A stretch of DNA of 64,000 nt from Dehalococcoidia bacterium (lineage in GTDB: Bacteria > Chloroflexota > Dehalococcoidia > UBA2979). The stretch lies in contig CAXXDN010000002.1 in the NCBI GenBank assembly GCA_963667465.2, forward strand, positions 1,024,001 through 1,088,000, given 5' to 3'. Both the position numbers and the translations under genes were made by a program. Below the pieces are notes generated by a model. That model was not told where the DNA came from, did no database searches, and saw only the letters and a list, made by a program, of their open reading frames with translations. Shown piece by piece: positions 38,821-48,854 of the stretch; position 1 is the stretch's first letter, and each line of letters starts with the position of its first letter.

Positions 38821-39345
38821 TCAGAACGGCGGCGCGAAGCCGGCCTTGCCCTCGCCCAACTCCGGCAGCCGCTCCCGCAGCACCTCGCGGACGCGCCCGT
38901 AGTGATCGAGGTAGCGAGGCTGGAACGAGGCGACGTCGCAGCCGAGCTTCTCCGCCATCAGCGTAACCGCGCCCTCGCGCGTGGAGGCGACGAACCTGCC
39001 GCGCCCGAAGTGGAACGGCTGCGCGATGAAGCGCTCGGCGCCTGTCGCCAGCAGGCTGTCGGCGAACGCCTCGGCGTCGCTGACCAGCAGCAGCGGCGTC
39101 AGCGTGATGCAGGCGTCGACGCCCGCCTCGCGGACCTCGGTGATGGCGCGCAGCCGCTGCGCGTTCGAGGGGCACGAGGGCTCGAACGTGCGGCGCACGT
39201 CCTCGTCGTCGGTGGTGACGGTCATGTTGACGCGCACCCGGCCACCCTGCTCCTCGATCCTCTGGAACAGATCGAAGTCGCGGACCACATCGGGCTTGAG
39301 TATGTCGCCGCTTCGGTCGTGCTCAGCTAACGAGTTGTCACCCAT
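38821..39345 (-). pseudogene. C-terminal fragment of an SplB/spore-photoproduct-lyase-like radical SAM protein
   Basis: PDVVRD..L, MTVTTD..VRR.FEP..P...RL..AG..TPLL; no CxxxCxxC N-terminus and no room for one upstream. Confidence 0.6.
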
Positions 39346-39368
39346 CCGTTAAGCCCGCCACAGGGCGT

Positions 39369-39489
39369 GTAGCGCACGACGGCACTCAGCGCCCGCGGCG
39401 CCATGGAGCCCGAGACACGACCGAACCGGTGTGGTCCGCCTCGGGTAGCGCACCGCGCCCCCGCCGGCGCCGCCTCAGCGCCCGCGGCG
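39369..39489. repeat. Short direct duplication of the prenyltransferase 3' end
   Basis: CTCAGCGCCCGCGGCG at 39385-39400 and 39474-39489; GTAGCGCAC at 39369-39377 and 39445-39453. Confidence 0.6.
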
Positions 39490-40260
39490 GCGCTGGCGGC
39501 GGCCGTAGGAGCGGATCGCGCGCAGGAAGTCGATGCGCCGGAAGGCCGGCCAGAAGGCGTCGCAGAAGTAGTACTCGCTGTAGGCGCTCTGCCAGAGCAT
39601 GAAACCCGACATCCGCAGTTCCCCGGACGTGCGAATCACGAGGTCCGGGTCCGGCACGTCCGGGGCGTAGAGGTAGCGGCCGATCTCGTCCGCATCGAGG
39701 CCGCCCGCGATGCCCTCGAGGGAATCGCCGCGCCGCACGCGGTCGGCGATCATCCGGCGCACCGCGTCCACAATCTCGTCGCGCCCGCCGTAGCCGATGG
39801 CGACGAGCAGGTCGCCGTCCTCGTTGCCGGCGGTGATGCGTTCCACCCGCTCGATGGCCGCGACGGTCGACTCGGGGAGCAGGTCGCGGCTGCCGACGGC
39901 GCGGATGCGCCGCGACAGCGCGGAACGGCGCTGCTGCTCGGCGAGCGCCTCGACGCGCTCCTCGACGATCTCGAAGATCGCGTCGAGCTCGTCCCGGGGG
40001 CGCTCGAAGTTCTCCGTCGAGAGCACCCAGAGCGTGACGACGGGGATGCGCAACTCGTCGCACCAGCCGATCAGCCGCGCGGCCTTTTCGGCGCCCTCGC
40101 GGTGGCCGTCGCCGACCCTCGCGAGGCCCGAGGTGTGGGCGAAGCGGCGGTTGCCGTCCGGCAGCACCCCGACGTGCTGCGGGATTGCGCCGCGGCGCAC
40201 GTCCGCCTCCAGCCGCCGCTCATAGAAGCCGTACACGAGCCGGTTGAGCAGTTGCAGCAT
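39475..40260 (-). CDS. cis-Prenyltransferase (UppS family, probably short-chain Rv1086-like)
   Basis: HVGVLPDGNRR, STENFER, YGGRDE, PDLVIRTSGELRMSGF, WPAF. Confidence 0.9.
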   Translation of the reverse strand: MLQLLNRLVYGFYERRLEADVRRGAIPQHVGVLPDGNRRFAHTSGLARVGDGHREGAEKAARLIGWCDELRIPVVTLWVLSTENFERPRDELDAIFEIVEERVEALAEQQRRSALSRRIRAVGSRDLLPESTVAAIERVERITAGNEDGDLLVAIGYGGRDEIVDAVRRMIADRVRRGDSLEGIAGGLDADEIGRYLYAPDVPDPDLVIRTSGELRMSGFMLWQSAYSEYYFCDAFWPAFRRIDFLRAIRSYGRRQRRRGR

Positions 40261-40317
40261 GTGTCCTCCCGACTACCTGACGCCGGGAGAGGCCGCGCGG
40301 TTCCCGCGAGTGGGGCG

Positions 40318-41085
40318 TTACTCCTCGAACGCCTGCTCCGCGCGCAGGGCCGACTCGCGCAGCCGGTCCGCCTCCGCGGCCGCCGCGAGGCCGGAGTCGT
40401 AGCCGAGGTCGAGCGAGTCGCGGGTGAGGCGCGCGGCGGCGCCGGGCGCACGGGCTGCGTCGTGGGCGAGTGCGATCGCCGCCTCGCGCAGCCGCTCGCG
40501 CGGGTGGACCGCGACGACGAGACCCATCTCCAGCGCCTCCCGGGCACGAACGCGGCGGCCGGTGATCGCCATGTTGAGCGCGTGGCCACGCCCCACGAAG
40601 CGCGCGAGGCGCAGCGTCCCGCCGTAGGCGGGCAGGATGTCGAGCCGCACCTGCGGCAGCGAGAAGACGGCGTCCTCGCCCGCGACCGCGAAGCTGCAGC
40701 AGACCGGGATCAGGCAGCCGATGCCGATCGCGTAGCCGTTCACGGCGGCGATCAGCGGCTTCGGGTAGCGGCTCAGCGTGTCGAAGACCGGATGCCCCGC
40801 CTCGTCGATGTCGCGGCGCTTCCAGGCGGGGCGCGTCGCCATCCCCGAGTGGTCGGTCGGTGCATCGTCGCCGCGGCCCTTGAGGTTCGCCCCGGCGCAG
40901 AAGGCGCGGCCCTCGCCGGTGAGCACGACCGCTCGCACGCCTTCGTCGACGCGCAGCGCCTCGAGGGCCTCGAGCATCGGCTCGCTGAGGTCGCTGCCCC
41001 AGGCGTTGAGTCGCTCGGGACGGTTGAAGGAGAGCAGCGCGACGGGTCCGTCGCGCTGCACCAGCACCGGGTCGGGGCCGCTCAC
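40318..41085 (-). CDS. Crotonase (enoyl-CoA hydratase/isomerase) family protein
   Basis: NRPERLNA, AFCAGANL, KPLIAAVNG. Confidence 0.88.
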   Translation of the reverse strand: MSGPDPVLVQRDGPVALLSFNRPERLNAWGSDLSEPMLEALEALRVDEGVRAVVLTGEGRAFCAGANLKGRGDDAPTDHSGMATRPAWKRRDIDEAGHPVFDTLSRYPKPLIAAVNGYAIGIGCLIPVCCSFAVAGEDAVFSLPQVRLDILPAYGGTLRLARFVGRGHALNMAITGRRVRAREALEMGLVVAVHPRERLREAAIALAHDAARAPGAAARLTRDSLDLGYDSGLAAAAEADRLRESALRAEQAFEE

Positions 41086-41089
41086 GGCG

Positions 41090-41935
41090 TCAGCCGTCGA
41101 TGTAGCGGGGCTGGCGCTTCTCGGAGAAGGCCTTGGCGCCCTCGATCGTGTCCTGCATGCCCTCGACCGTGACATCGAGGGCGACGCCGAACTGCTTGGC
41201 CGCCTCCGGCTGGAGGTAGAAGCCGCGATAGATCGCCTGTTTGAAGTTACGGACCGACTGCGGGGCCATGCTGATGGCGCGGCGCGCGTACTCCAGCGCC
41301 GTCTCCATCAGCTCCTCACCCGGCACGACACGCTGCACCCAGCCCGCCTCGTAGGCGCGCTGCGCCGTCCACTCGGTGTCGCCCCAGAGCGCGAGCTCGA
41401 GGGCGTTGCCGAGGCTGATCTGGCGCGCCAGCGGGGCCATCCAGCTCGCACCCTTGCGCCCGAAGCGCGCGGACGAGACGGAGACCTTGGCGTCCTCGGC
41501 GGCGATCCGGATGTCGCACTGCATCGCGAGCATGAAGCCGCCCGCGTAGGCCGGGCCGTTTATCGCCCCGATCAGCGGCTTCCAGAGACCGAGGTCTTCC
41601 GAGAGCGGGTCGATGCTGTAATTCGAGGGGATGTGTGGGCCCTCGATCTCGCCTCGCTCGATCGCCCGCAGGCGTTCCGCGGACTCCTTGAGGTCGCGGC
41701 CCGAGCAGAACCCGCGCCCGGCGCCGGTGAGGATCGCGACCCGCCCACGCTTGTCGTCGCGGAACGTCTCCATGGTCCTGCGCAGCGTGTGCATCATGTC
41801 GAAGGTGATCGCGTTCAGCCGCTCCGGACGGTTCAGCGTGATCACGTAGACCTGCCCGTCCTCGACGATCTCGACGAGCAGCGGGGACTCGGGGTCCGTG
41901 ATCGCGGCGGGGTGGGACTCGGCGGTCGATGTCAC
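41090..41935 (-). CDS. Crotonase family protein
   Basis: LNRPERLNA, FCSGRDL, KPLIGAING, FSEKRQP; GAAGGAGG SD. Confidence 0.88.
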   Translation of the reverse strand: MTSTAESHPAAITDPESPLLVEIVEDGQVYVITLNRPERLNAITFDMMHTLRRTMETFRDDKRGRVAILTGAGRGFCSGRDLKESAERLRAIERGEIEGPHIPSNYSIDPLSEDLGLWKPLIGAINGPAYAGGFMLAMQCDIRIAAEDAKVSVSSARFGRKGASWMAPLARQISLGNALELALWGDTEWTAQRAYEAGWVQRVVPGEELMETALEYARRAISMAPQSVRNFKQAIYRGFYLQPEAAKQFGVALDVTVEGMQDTIEGAKAFSEKRQPRYIDG

Positions 41936-42074
41936 GGCGGCCTCCTTCGGTGCGTCCGGGCGTCGGCTGGACAGCCCGCGCACGAGTATGCCACCGAGCG
42001 CGGTACTGGGGGCAGGCGCGGCCCCGCGCACCTGTATCATCGCGCCGCACGACGAGGGCGGCCGGGGGAAGCGG

Positions 42075-42458
42075 ATGGCCTACGCGACGATACTGACCGA
42101 GACGCGCGACCGCGTCCGCTATGTCACGCTCAACCGGAGCGCTGTGCCCGCCGATCAGCTCGCCGACGAGGTGCACCACCTCGCCTCGCGGGTCGCGATG
42201 ATCCCGCATGACCTGCTCGCGGCGAACAAGGGGATTGTCAACAAGGCGATCGAGTTGATGGGCCGCACGATGCTGCAGGAGGCGGCGCGCGAGACGGACG
42301 CGATCGCGCACCGCAACAGGGCAGCCAGCGAGTTCGCGCGGAGCGGCCGCGAGCAGGGGCTCCGGGCCGCCCTCGCCTGGCGCGACGATCGGTTCGCACG
42401 ATCGGTTCGCAGAGTAGGCCCCGATCCAAACGAGGGGGCCCGAACGAGGGGGACATGA
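42075..42458 (+). pseudogene. Crotonase gene with a large in-frame internal deletion
   Basis: N-terminal MAYATIL..VRYVTLNR joined directly to the C-terminal AVPADQL..ANK..VN..ELMG..EQGLRAAL..RD part; catalytic core absent. Confidence 0.7.
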
Positions 42459-43288
42459 TGCGATTCGGCTTTGCACTGCCCAACCACTGGGGCGTCGAGG
42501 ATCCTGAGGACCTGCTGGACCTCGCCCAGCGGGCGGAGGCGGCAGGGTTCGCCTCGGTCTGGGTCGCGCACCACATCCTCAACGCCGGCTATGTCGGCAA
42601 GCGGCTGGGGCTGAAGCCGTACTGGGACGCGCTCACGGTGCTCTCCTGGGTCGCGGCGCGCACCGAGCGCGTACGGCTCGGCACCAGCGTGCTGGTGCTG
42701 CCCTACCTGCACCCGATGCCACTCGCCAAGCAACTCGCGACCATCGACGTGCTCTCGGGCGGACGCCTCGACCTCGGCGTCGGCGTGGGCGCGATGCCCG
42801 AGGAGAACGAGGCGCTGGGCATCGACTACCACGCGCGCGGCGCCGTCGCCGACGAGTCCATCGATGTGCTGAAGGCGCTCTGGGCGGACGGGTCCGCCTC
42901 GTACGCCGGGACGCACTACGCCTTTGCGGACGCCGTCTCCTCGCCGAAGCCGCTGCAGCGCCCGCACCCGCCGCTGCTGATCGGCGGCAACGGCATCCCG
43001 GCCCTGCGCCGTGTGGCGCGTTGCGGCGACGGCTGGCACCCCTTCCTGCTCGGTCCCGAGGAGCTGAAACAGCGCCTCCCGCGCCTCGAGGAAGAGCTGG
43101 CGAAGGTCGGCCGCAGCCGCGAGGAGATCAGCGTCTCGCTGCGCGTCGACATCGACGCCGTTCCGACGCGCGAGGCAGCCGAGGTTTACGCGGCGCTCGG
43201 CATCGACGAGCTGGTGATCTCCCTCAACAGCGGGGATGCCGACGCGCAGCGCCGCCGACTCGACGAGTCCGCCGCCGAGCTGCTCTGA
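42455..43288 (+). CDS. LLM-class, probably F420-dependent oxidoreductase
   Basis: GFASVWVAHH, ATIDVLSGGRL, PKPLQRPHPPLLIGG. Confidence 0.88.
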   Translation: MMRFGFALPNHWGVEDPEDLLDLAQRAEAAGFASVWVAHHILNAGYVGKRLGLKPYWDALTVLSWVAARTERVRLGTSVLVLPYLHPMPLAKQLATIDVLSGGRLDLGVGVGAMPEENEALGIDYHARGAVADESIDVLKALWADGSASYAGTHYAFADAVSSPKPLQRPHPPLLIGGNGIPALRRVARCGDGWHPFLLGPEELKQRLPRLEEELAKVGRSREEISVSLRVDIDAVPTREAAEVYAALGIDELVISLNSGDADAQRRRLDESAAELL

Positions 43289-43310
43289 CGGCGGGACGCC
43301 TCGGAAGACC

Positions 43311-44180
43311 CTACTCGCCGGCCGCCGCCGCCTCGAACCAGGCGCGCGCCTCGCGGATCACGGTCTGCGGCTGGTCGTGGTGGACCCAGTGCGCGGCGTC
43401 CGGCACGAGGATCGAGCGGCCGTTCGGGAAGAGGCTGACCTGGTCCTGCATGCGCCGCCGTCCGCCCGAGTCCTCGCCGACGATCAGCAGCAGCGGGCAA
43501 CTGATCGCGGCGGTAAAGCGCTTCATCTCCTCGGCGCTCACGTCGTCGCGGCGCACGCCGGGGCGCGCCCAGTTGTCGAACTTCCACTGGTAGCCGCCAT
43601 CGACGGCCACGGCCGCGTGGCTCGCGAGGTCCAGCGCGTGCTCCGGCGAGAGTCGCGGATTGTTCTCGCGCATCCGGCTCGCCGCCTCCTCAAGGTCCGC
43701 GTAGACACGAGGCCTGCGCCCGGCGAGGGCGGTCCTCGCCTCCGCCATCGAGCGCAGGACCTCCGGCGCGAACGGCTTCGGATCGCCGTGACTCGGTTCC
43801 AGCGGGCCCTCGATGGAGACGATCGCCCGGAAGCGCTCCGGGAATGCGCCGGCGGCGAGGTAGCCGATGCGGCCTCCGTAGGAGTGGCCGAGCAGGAAGA
43901 CCGGCGGCCCCGCCAGCTCGGCGAGTGCGAGCAGGTCGATGACGTTCTGGCGGATCGCGTACTCGCCGCCGACCTCCGGCTGCGAGTCGCCGTGGCCGCG
44001 CAGGTCGAGCGCGAGCACGCGGTAGGCGTCCTCGAATCCCTCGGCGATACGGTCCCAGCTGCGGGCGGTGTCGCGGCCGCCGTGGTGCAGCAGCAGCGGC
44101 GGATTCGCCGGGTCGCCCCACTCCCAGCAGGAGAGTTGCAGCCGCTGGGACTCGAAGAAGTGCTGTCGCGGCTCGCTCAT
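43311..44180 (-). CDS. Alpha/beta hydrolase
   Basis: HHGG, DLRGHGDS, GHSYGG, HWVHHD. Confidence 0.9.
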   Translation of the reverse strand: MSEPRQHFFESQRLQLSCWEWGDPANPPLLLHHGGRDTARSWDRIAEGFEDAYRVLALDLRGHGDSQPEVGGEYAIRQNVIDLLALAELAGPPVFLLGHSYGGRIGYLAAGAFPERFRAIVSIEGPLEPSHGDPKPFAPEVLRSMAEARTALAGRRPRVYADLEEAASRMRENNPRLSPEHALDLASHAAVAVDGGYQWKFDNWARPGVRRDDVSAEEMKRFTAAISCPLLLIVGEDSGGRRRMQDQVSLFPNGRSILVPDAAHWVHHDQPQTVIREARAWFEAAAAGE

Positions 44181-44197
44181 CGGGGCGCTCCTGCCCG

Positions 44198-44422
44198 CTA
44201 CGGGATCTCGATGCTGACGAGCGGGTCGCGCTCGTCGACGAACGAGTTGACCTCGACGTGCATCGCCGTCACGCGTCCGTCGTGCCCGGACGGCACCGGC
44301 GTGAGCACCTTCATCGACTCGATCGTCACGAGGTCCTGACCGGCGGTGACTTCGGCCCCCGTCTCGACGTGCAGTTCGGCGACCCGTCCGGGCCAGGGGC
44401 TGAGGACTTGGACGACGGGCAT
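44198..44422 (-). CDS. Stand-alone biotinyl/lipoyl carrier protein
   Basis: SPWPG..V..G..V..GQ.L..IESMKV..V....G.V; 74 aa. Confidence 0.85.
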   Translation of the reverse strand: MPVVQVLSPWPGRVAELHVETGAEVTAGQDLVTIESMKVLTPVPSGHDGRVTAMHVEVNSFVDERDPLVSIEIP

Positions 44423-44510
44423 GGCGGCTCCCTCGCGGCGCGCGCCGCAGCGTAGCGCATGCGCGCGCAGGCGGCAGCCAGCGGTCCGTGCGAGGCCGGC
44501 AGCGGGGAGT

Positions 44511-44585
44511 GCTCGACAGTGTTCGGCTCGACACTGTTCGGCTCGGCACTGTTCGGCTCGACAGTGTTCGGCTCGACAGTGTGCG
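44511..44585. repeat. Tandem repeat, 5 x 15 bp
   Basis: Consensus GCTCGACAGTGTTCG with 0-2 substitutions per unit, in the divergent intergenic region. Confidence 0.95.
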
Positions 44586-44753
44586 GGAGGGTGTTACCCT
44601 GTGCGCGGCGTCCGGATGGCGCCGCTCAGCAATCGCTCCGTGGACGGCACCTTCCCTGGTTGTAACGGTTCCCTGGTAGTAGCTGAGATTCAGGAAGACG
44701 TGTCCGCACGGGCACGAGCGAGTGTCGGCGTGGCCGGCGAGGGGTGAAGGTTC

Positions 44754-45188
44754 TTGTCGCAGCGGATTTATGTGGGCAATCTCCCGTACGAAGCCAGAGA
44801 GTCGGATGTAGAAGAGCTCTTCTCCGAACATGGCGAGGTCATTTCAGTAGCACTCCCGACCGACCGGGAAACCGGCCGCGCACGCGGCTTTGGCTTCGTC
44901 GAGATGCCGGATGAAGATGCGACGAAGGCCATCTCGGCCCTCGACGGCGCCACCTTCCAGGGCCGCCGTCTCAACGTCGACGCCGCGCGGCCGCGTGGCA
45001 GCGGCGGCGGGGGCGGTGGCGGCTACGGCGGCGGCGGCGGTGGTGGCGGCGGCTACGGCGGCGGCGGTGGTGGCGGTGGCTACCGCGGCGGCGGTGGTGG
45101 CGGCGGCTACGGCGGCGGCGGTGGCGGTGGCGGTGGCTACCGCGGCGGCGGTGGCGGCGGCGGCGGCCGCGGTTACGACCGCCGCTAG
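44754..45188 (+). CDS. RRM RNA-binding protein with Gly/Tyr/Arg-rich tail
   Basis: TTG start; RNP2 IYVGNL, RNP1 RGFGFVEM, (G)nY/(G)nYR repeats. Confidence 0.95.
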   Translation: MSQRIYVGNLPYEARESDVEELFSEHGEVISVALPTDRETGRARGFGFVEMPDEDATKAISALDGATFQGRRLNVDAARPRGSGGGGGGGYGGGGGGGGGYGGGGGGGGYRGGGGGGGYGGGGGGGGGYRGGGGGGGGRGYDRR

Positions 45189-45239
45189 CAGGACCACGCC
45201 GGTCCCGGTGATCCCGCCCGGGGCGGAGACGCGGGCACG

Positions 45240-46019
45240 ATGATGCTCGAAGACAAGATCGTCATCGTTTCAGGCATCGGCCCCGGCATGGGCCGCGATA
45301 TCTCGCTCGCCTGTGCGCGCGACGGCGCCGACATCGTGCTGGCCGCGCGCACCGAGGCGACACTCGAGGCCGTCGCGACAGAGGTGCAGGCGCTCGGCCG
45401 GCGCACGCTCTGCGTCCCGACCAACATCACCGACGCTGATCAGTGCCACAGTCTCGTCGAGCGCACGCTCGAGGAGTTCGGGCGTATCGACGTGCTCGTC
45501 AACAACGCCGCCACCGGCGGCCATGACGTCGAGCTCGCCGTGGCGACCGAGCGGCAGGTCCAGCACGCGATCCGCATCAACCTCGGCGGCACGCTGAACG
45601 TGACGCAAGCCGTCATCCCGGCGCTGCGCGAGAACGGCGGCGGCTCGATCGTGATCACCGGCACGCTCTCGATGCGTCGCATCCAGCGTGGCCGCGGCAC
45701 CTACGCCGCGTCCAAGGCCGCGCTGCTGACGGCCGCCCAGACACTCGCCATCGAGCTCGGCGAGGACAACATCCGCGTCAACACCGTCGTGCCCAGCTAC
45801 ATCATGGGCGACGCGCTGCGGTACTGGTTCAACCAGCTGGCCGAGGAGCGCGGCGTCGACTACCAGACAATCCACGACGAGCGGGCGGCCGAGTCCGCCC
45901 TCAACCGCATCGCCACCTCCGCCGAGATCGCCGAGGCGGTCGTCTTCTTTGCCTCGGACCGTTCGAGGGCGATCACCGGGCAGTCGCTCGACGTGAACTG
46001 CGGCTCGTTCTTCGTCTGA
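45240..46019 (+). CDS. Short-chain dehydrogenase/reductase
   Basis: SGIGPGMG, NNA, YAASK. Confidence 0.9.
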   Translation: MMLEDKIVIVSGIGPGMGRDISLACARDGADIVLAARTEATLEAVATEVQALGRRTLCVPTNITDADQCHSLVERTLEEFGRIDVLVNNAATGGHDVELAVATERQVQHAIRINLGGTLNVTQAVIPALRENGGGSIVITGTLSMRRIQRGRGTYAASKAALLTAAQTLAIELGEDNIRVNTVVPSYIMGDALRYWFNQLAEERGVDYQTIHDERAAESALNRIATSAEIAEAVVFFASDRSRAITGQSLDVNCGSFFV

Positions 46020-46076
46020 TCCGTTTGTGTGGCGCGCTCCCGAGCCTCATAGTGATGGTGCGGTGAGAGTGAACGC

Positions 46077-47015
46077 ATGGCGCTGATCGAGACAGCAGGC
46101 CTCACCAAGCGCTACTCCTCCGTCACCGCCCTCGCCGGACTCTCGCTCGAGGTGGAGCCCGGCATCGTCGGCCTGGTCGGGCCGAACGGCGCCGGCAAGA
46201 GCACCCTCATCAAGATCCTGCTCGGCCTCGTCGACGCCACCTCCGGCAGCGCCGAAGTGCTCGGCCTCGACGCAGCGCGCGAGGGGCTGAAGGTCCGCGA
46301 GCGCGTCGGCTACATGCCGGAGCACGACTGCCTGCCGCCCGACCAGTCCGCGACGAACTTCGTGATTCACATGGCGCGGATGAGCGGCATCCCGCCCTCG
46401 CACGCTCGCGAGCGCGCCGCCGAGGTACTGCGCCACGTCGGGCTGTTCGAGGAGCGCTACCGCCACATCGGCGGCTACTCGACCGGCATGAAGCAGCGCG
46501 TCAAGCTCGCGCAGGCGCTCGTCCACGACCCGGAGCTGCTCTTCCTCGATGAGCCGACGAACGGCCTGGACCCGCAGGGCCGCGACGAGATGCTCGACCT
46601 CGTAGCGCGCACGGGCAACGAGTTCGGGATCTCGATCATCATGTCCTCCCACCTGCTCAGCGAGATCGAGCGCGTCTGCGAGGGCCTGATCGTGATCGAG
46701 AGCGGCGCGCTGATGCGCACGGGCCGCATCGCCGAGCTCACCGACGAGACCGCCGTACTCGCGGTCGAAGTCGAGTGGGACGCCGATCGCCTCGCGGAGG
46801 TGCTCACGGACCGCGGCCTTGAGGCGCAGGCGCTCGGCCGCATGGTCGAGGTCGCCTCTGTGGGCGGCGCGGACGGCGTGCATGACACGATCCTCGACGC
46901 CGTCGTGACGCTGGACCTGCCGCTCGTGCGGCTCGAGCAGCGCCGCCGCTCGCTGGAGGATCTGTTCCAGCCCACAACCGAGCCTGCCGCGGACCCGCCC
47001 GGTGACGACGCCTGA
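46077..47015 (+). CDS. ABC exporter ATP-binding protein
   Basis: GPNGAGKST, YSTGMKQR, LDEP, SH. Confidence 0.93.
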   Translation: MALIETAGLTKRYSSVTALAGLSLEVEPGIVGLVGPNGAGKSTLIKILLGLVDATSGSAEVLGLDAAREGLKVRERVGYMPEHDCLPPDQSATNFVIHMARMSGIPPSHARERAAEVLRHVGLFEERYRHIGGYSTGMKQRVKLAQALVHDPELLFLDEPTNGLDPQGRDEMLDLVARTGNEFGISIIMSSHLLSEIERVCEGLIVIESGALMRTGRIAELTDETAVLAVEVEWDADRLAEVLTDRGLEAQALGRMVEVASVGGADGVHDTILDAVVTLDLPLVRLEQRRRSLEDLFQPTTEPAADPPGDDA

Positions 47016-47921
47016 GCCCGCGCCGAGCGGCGCAATCTACGACCTCGGCTACCAGGGCTACGAGGGCCCCCGGCTCGGACGCCGCTACGCACTCTGGTCG
47101 CTCTACGTGCTGAGCGTGCGCAATGCCTTCGGCATCGGGCGCGGCGCGCTGCCGAAGGTGCTTGCCTTCGGGCTGGTCGTGCTCGCGTTCACGCCGGCGG
47201 TGGTGACGCTCATTGTTGGCGCCATCGTGCCGGCCGATGACTTCGAGGTCTTCGCGCCGCGAGACTACTACGCGCTGATCCGGTTCATCCTCGTGATCTT
47301 CGTCGCGGCGATCGCCTCCGACCTCGTCGGGAACGACCGGCGTTCCCGCACGCTCGCGCTCTACTTCTCGCGCCCGATCGAACGCGACGACTACGCGCTG
47401 GCGAAGATCGCGGCGCTCTCCAGCAGCCTGCTCGCGCTGACCGTGCTGCCGCAGGTGGTGATGTTCGCCGGCAACGCGGTCGGCGCGGCGAACGGCCTCG
47501 ACTGGATGCGCGACAACGCCGACGACATCCCGCGGTTCGTCGCGAGCGGGCTGATCCTCTGCGTCACGTTCGGCGCGCTGGGGATCCTGGTCGCCTCCTA
47601 CGCCGAACGCCGCGCCTTCGCGCTGATCAGCGTGGTCGCGATCTTCTTCGTCTCCCTCACGGTCGTCGGCATCATCATCTCGGAGATCGACAACGATCAG
47701 CTGCGCTGGGCGCTCTTCCTCAGCCCGTTGCACGTGGTGGGCGGTTCCACCTCCTACATCTTCGACGCCCTCCCGCAGGTTCACGAGTTATCCAGATCAG
47801 GCGATCCCGAGGACCAGATCGCCTGGGCGGACTTCCCGGGCTACATCTGGCCGCTTGTCTCCCTCGCCTGGGCCGCCATCGCCTCGGCGATCGTTGTCCA
47901 CCGCTTCCGGGGGTCGATCTG

Positions 47922-47922
<1 letters not shown>
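47002..47922 (+). CDS. ABC-2-type permease
   Basis: IYDLGY, LYFSRP...Y..AK, multiple TM helices. Confidence 0.85.

Positions 47923-48850
<928 letters not shown>

Positions 48851-48854
<4 letters not shown>

Noticed and set aside
44511-44585. Possible CRISPR array (also 58791-58838)
   Set aside because: Units are contiguous with no unique spacers, too short (15-16 bp), and no cas genes are present.
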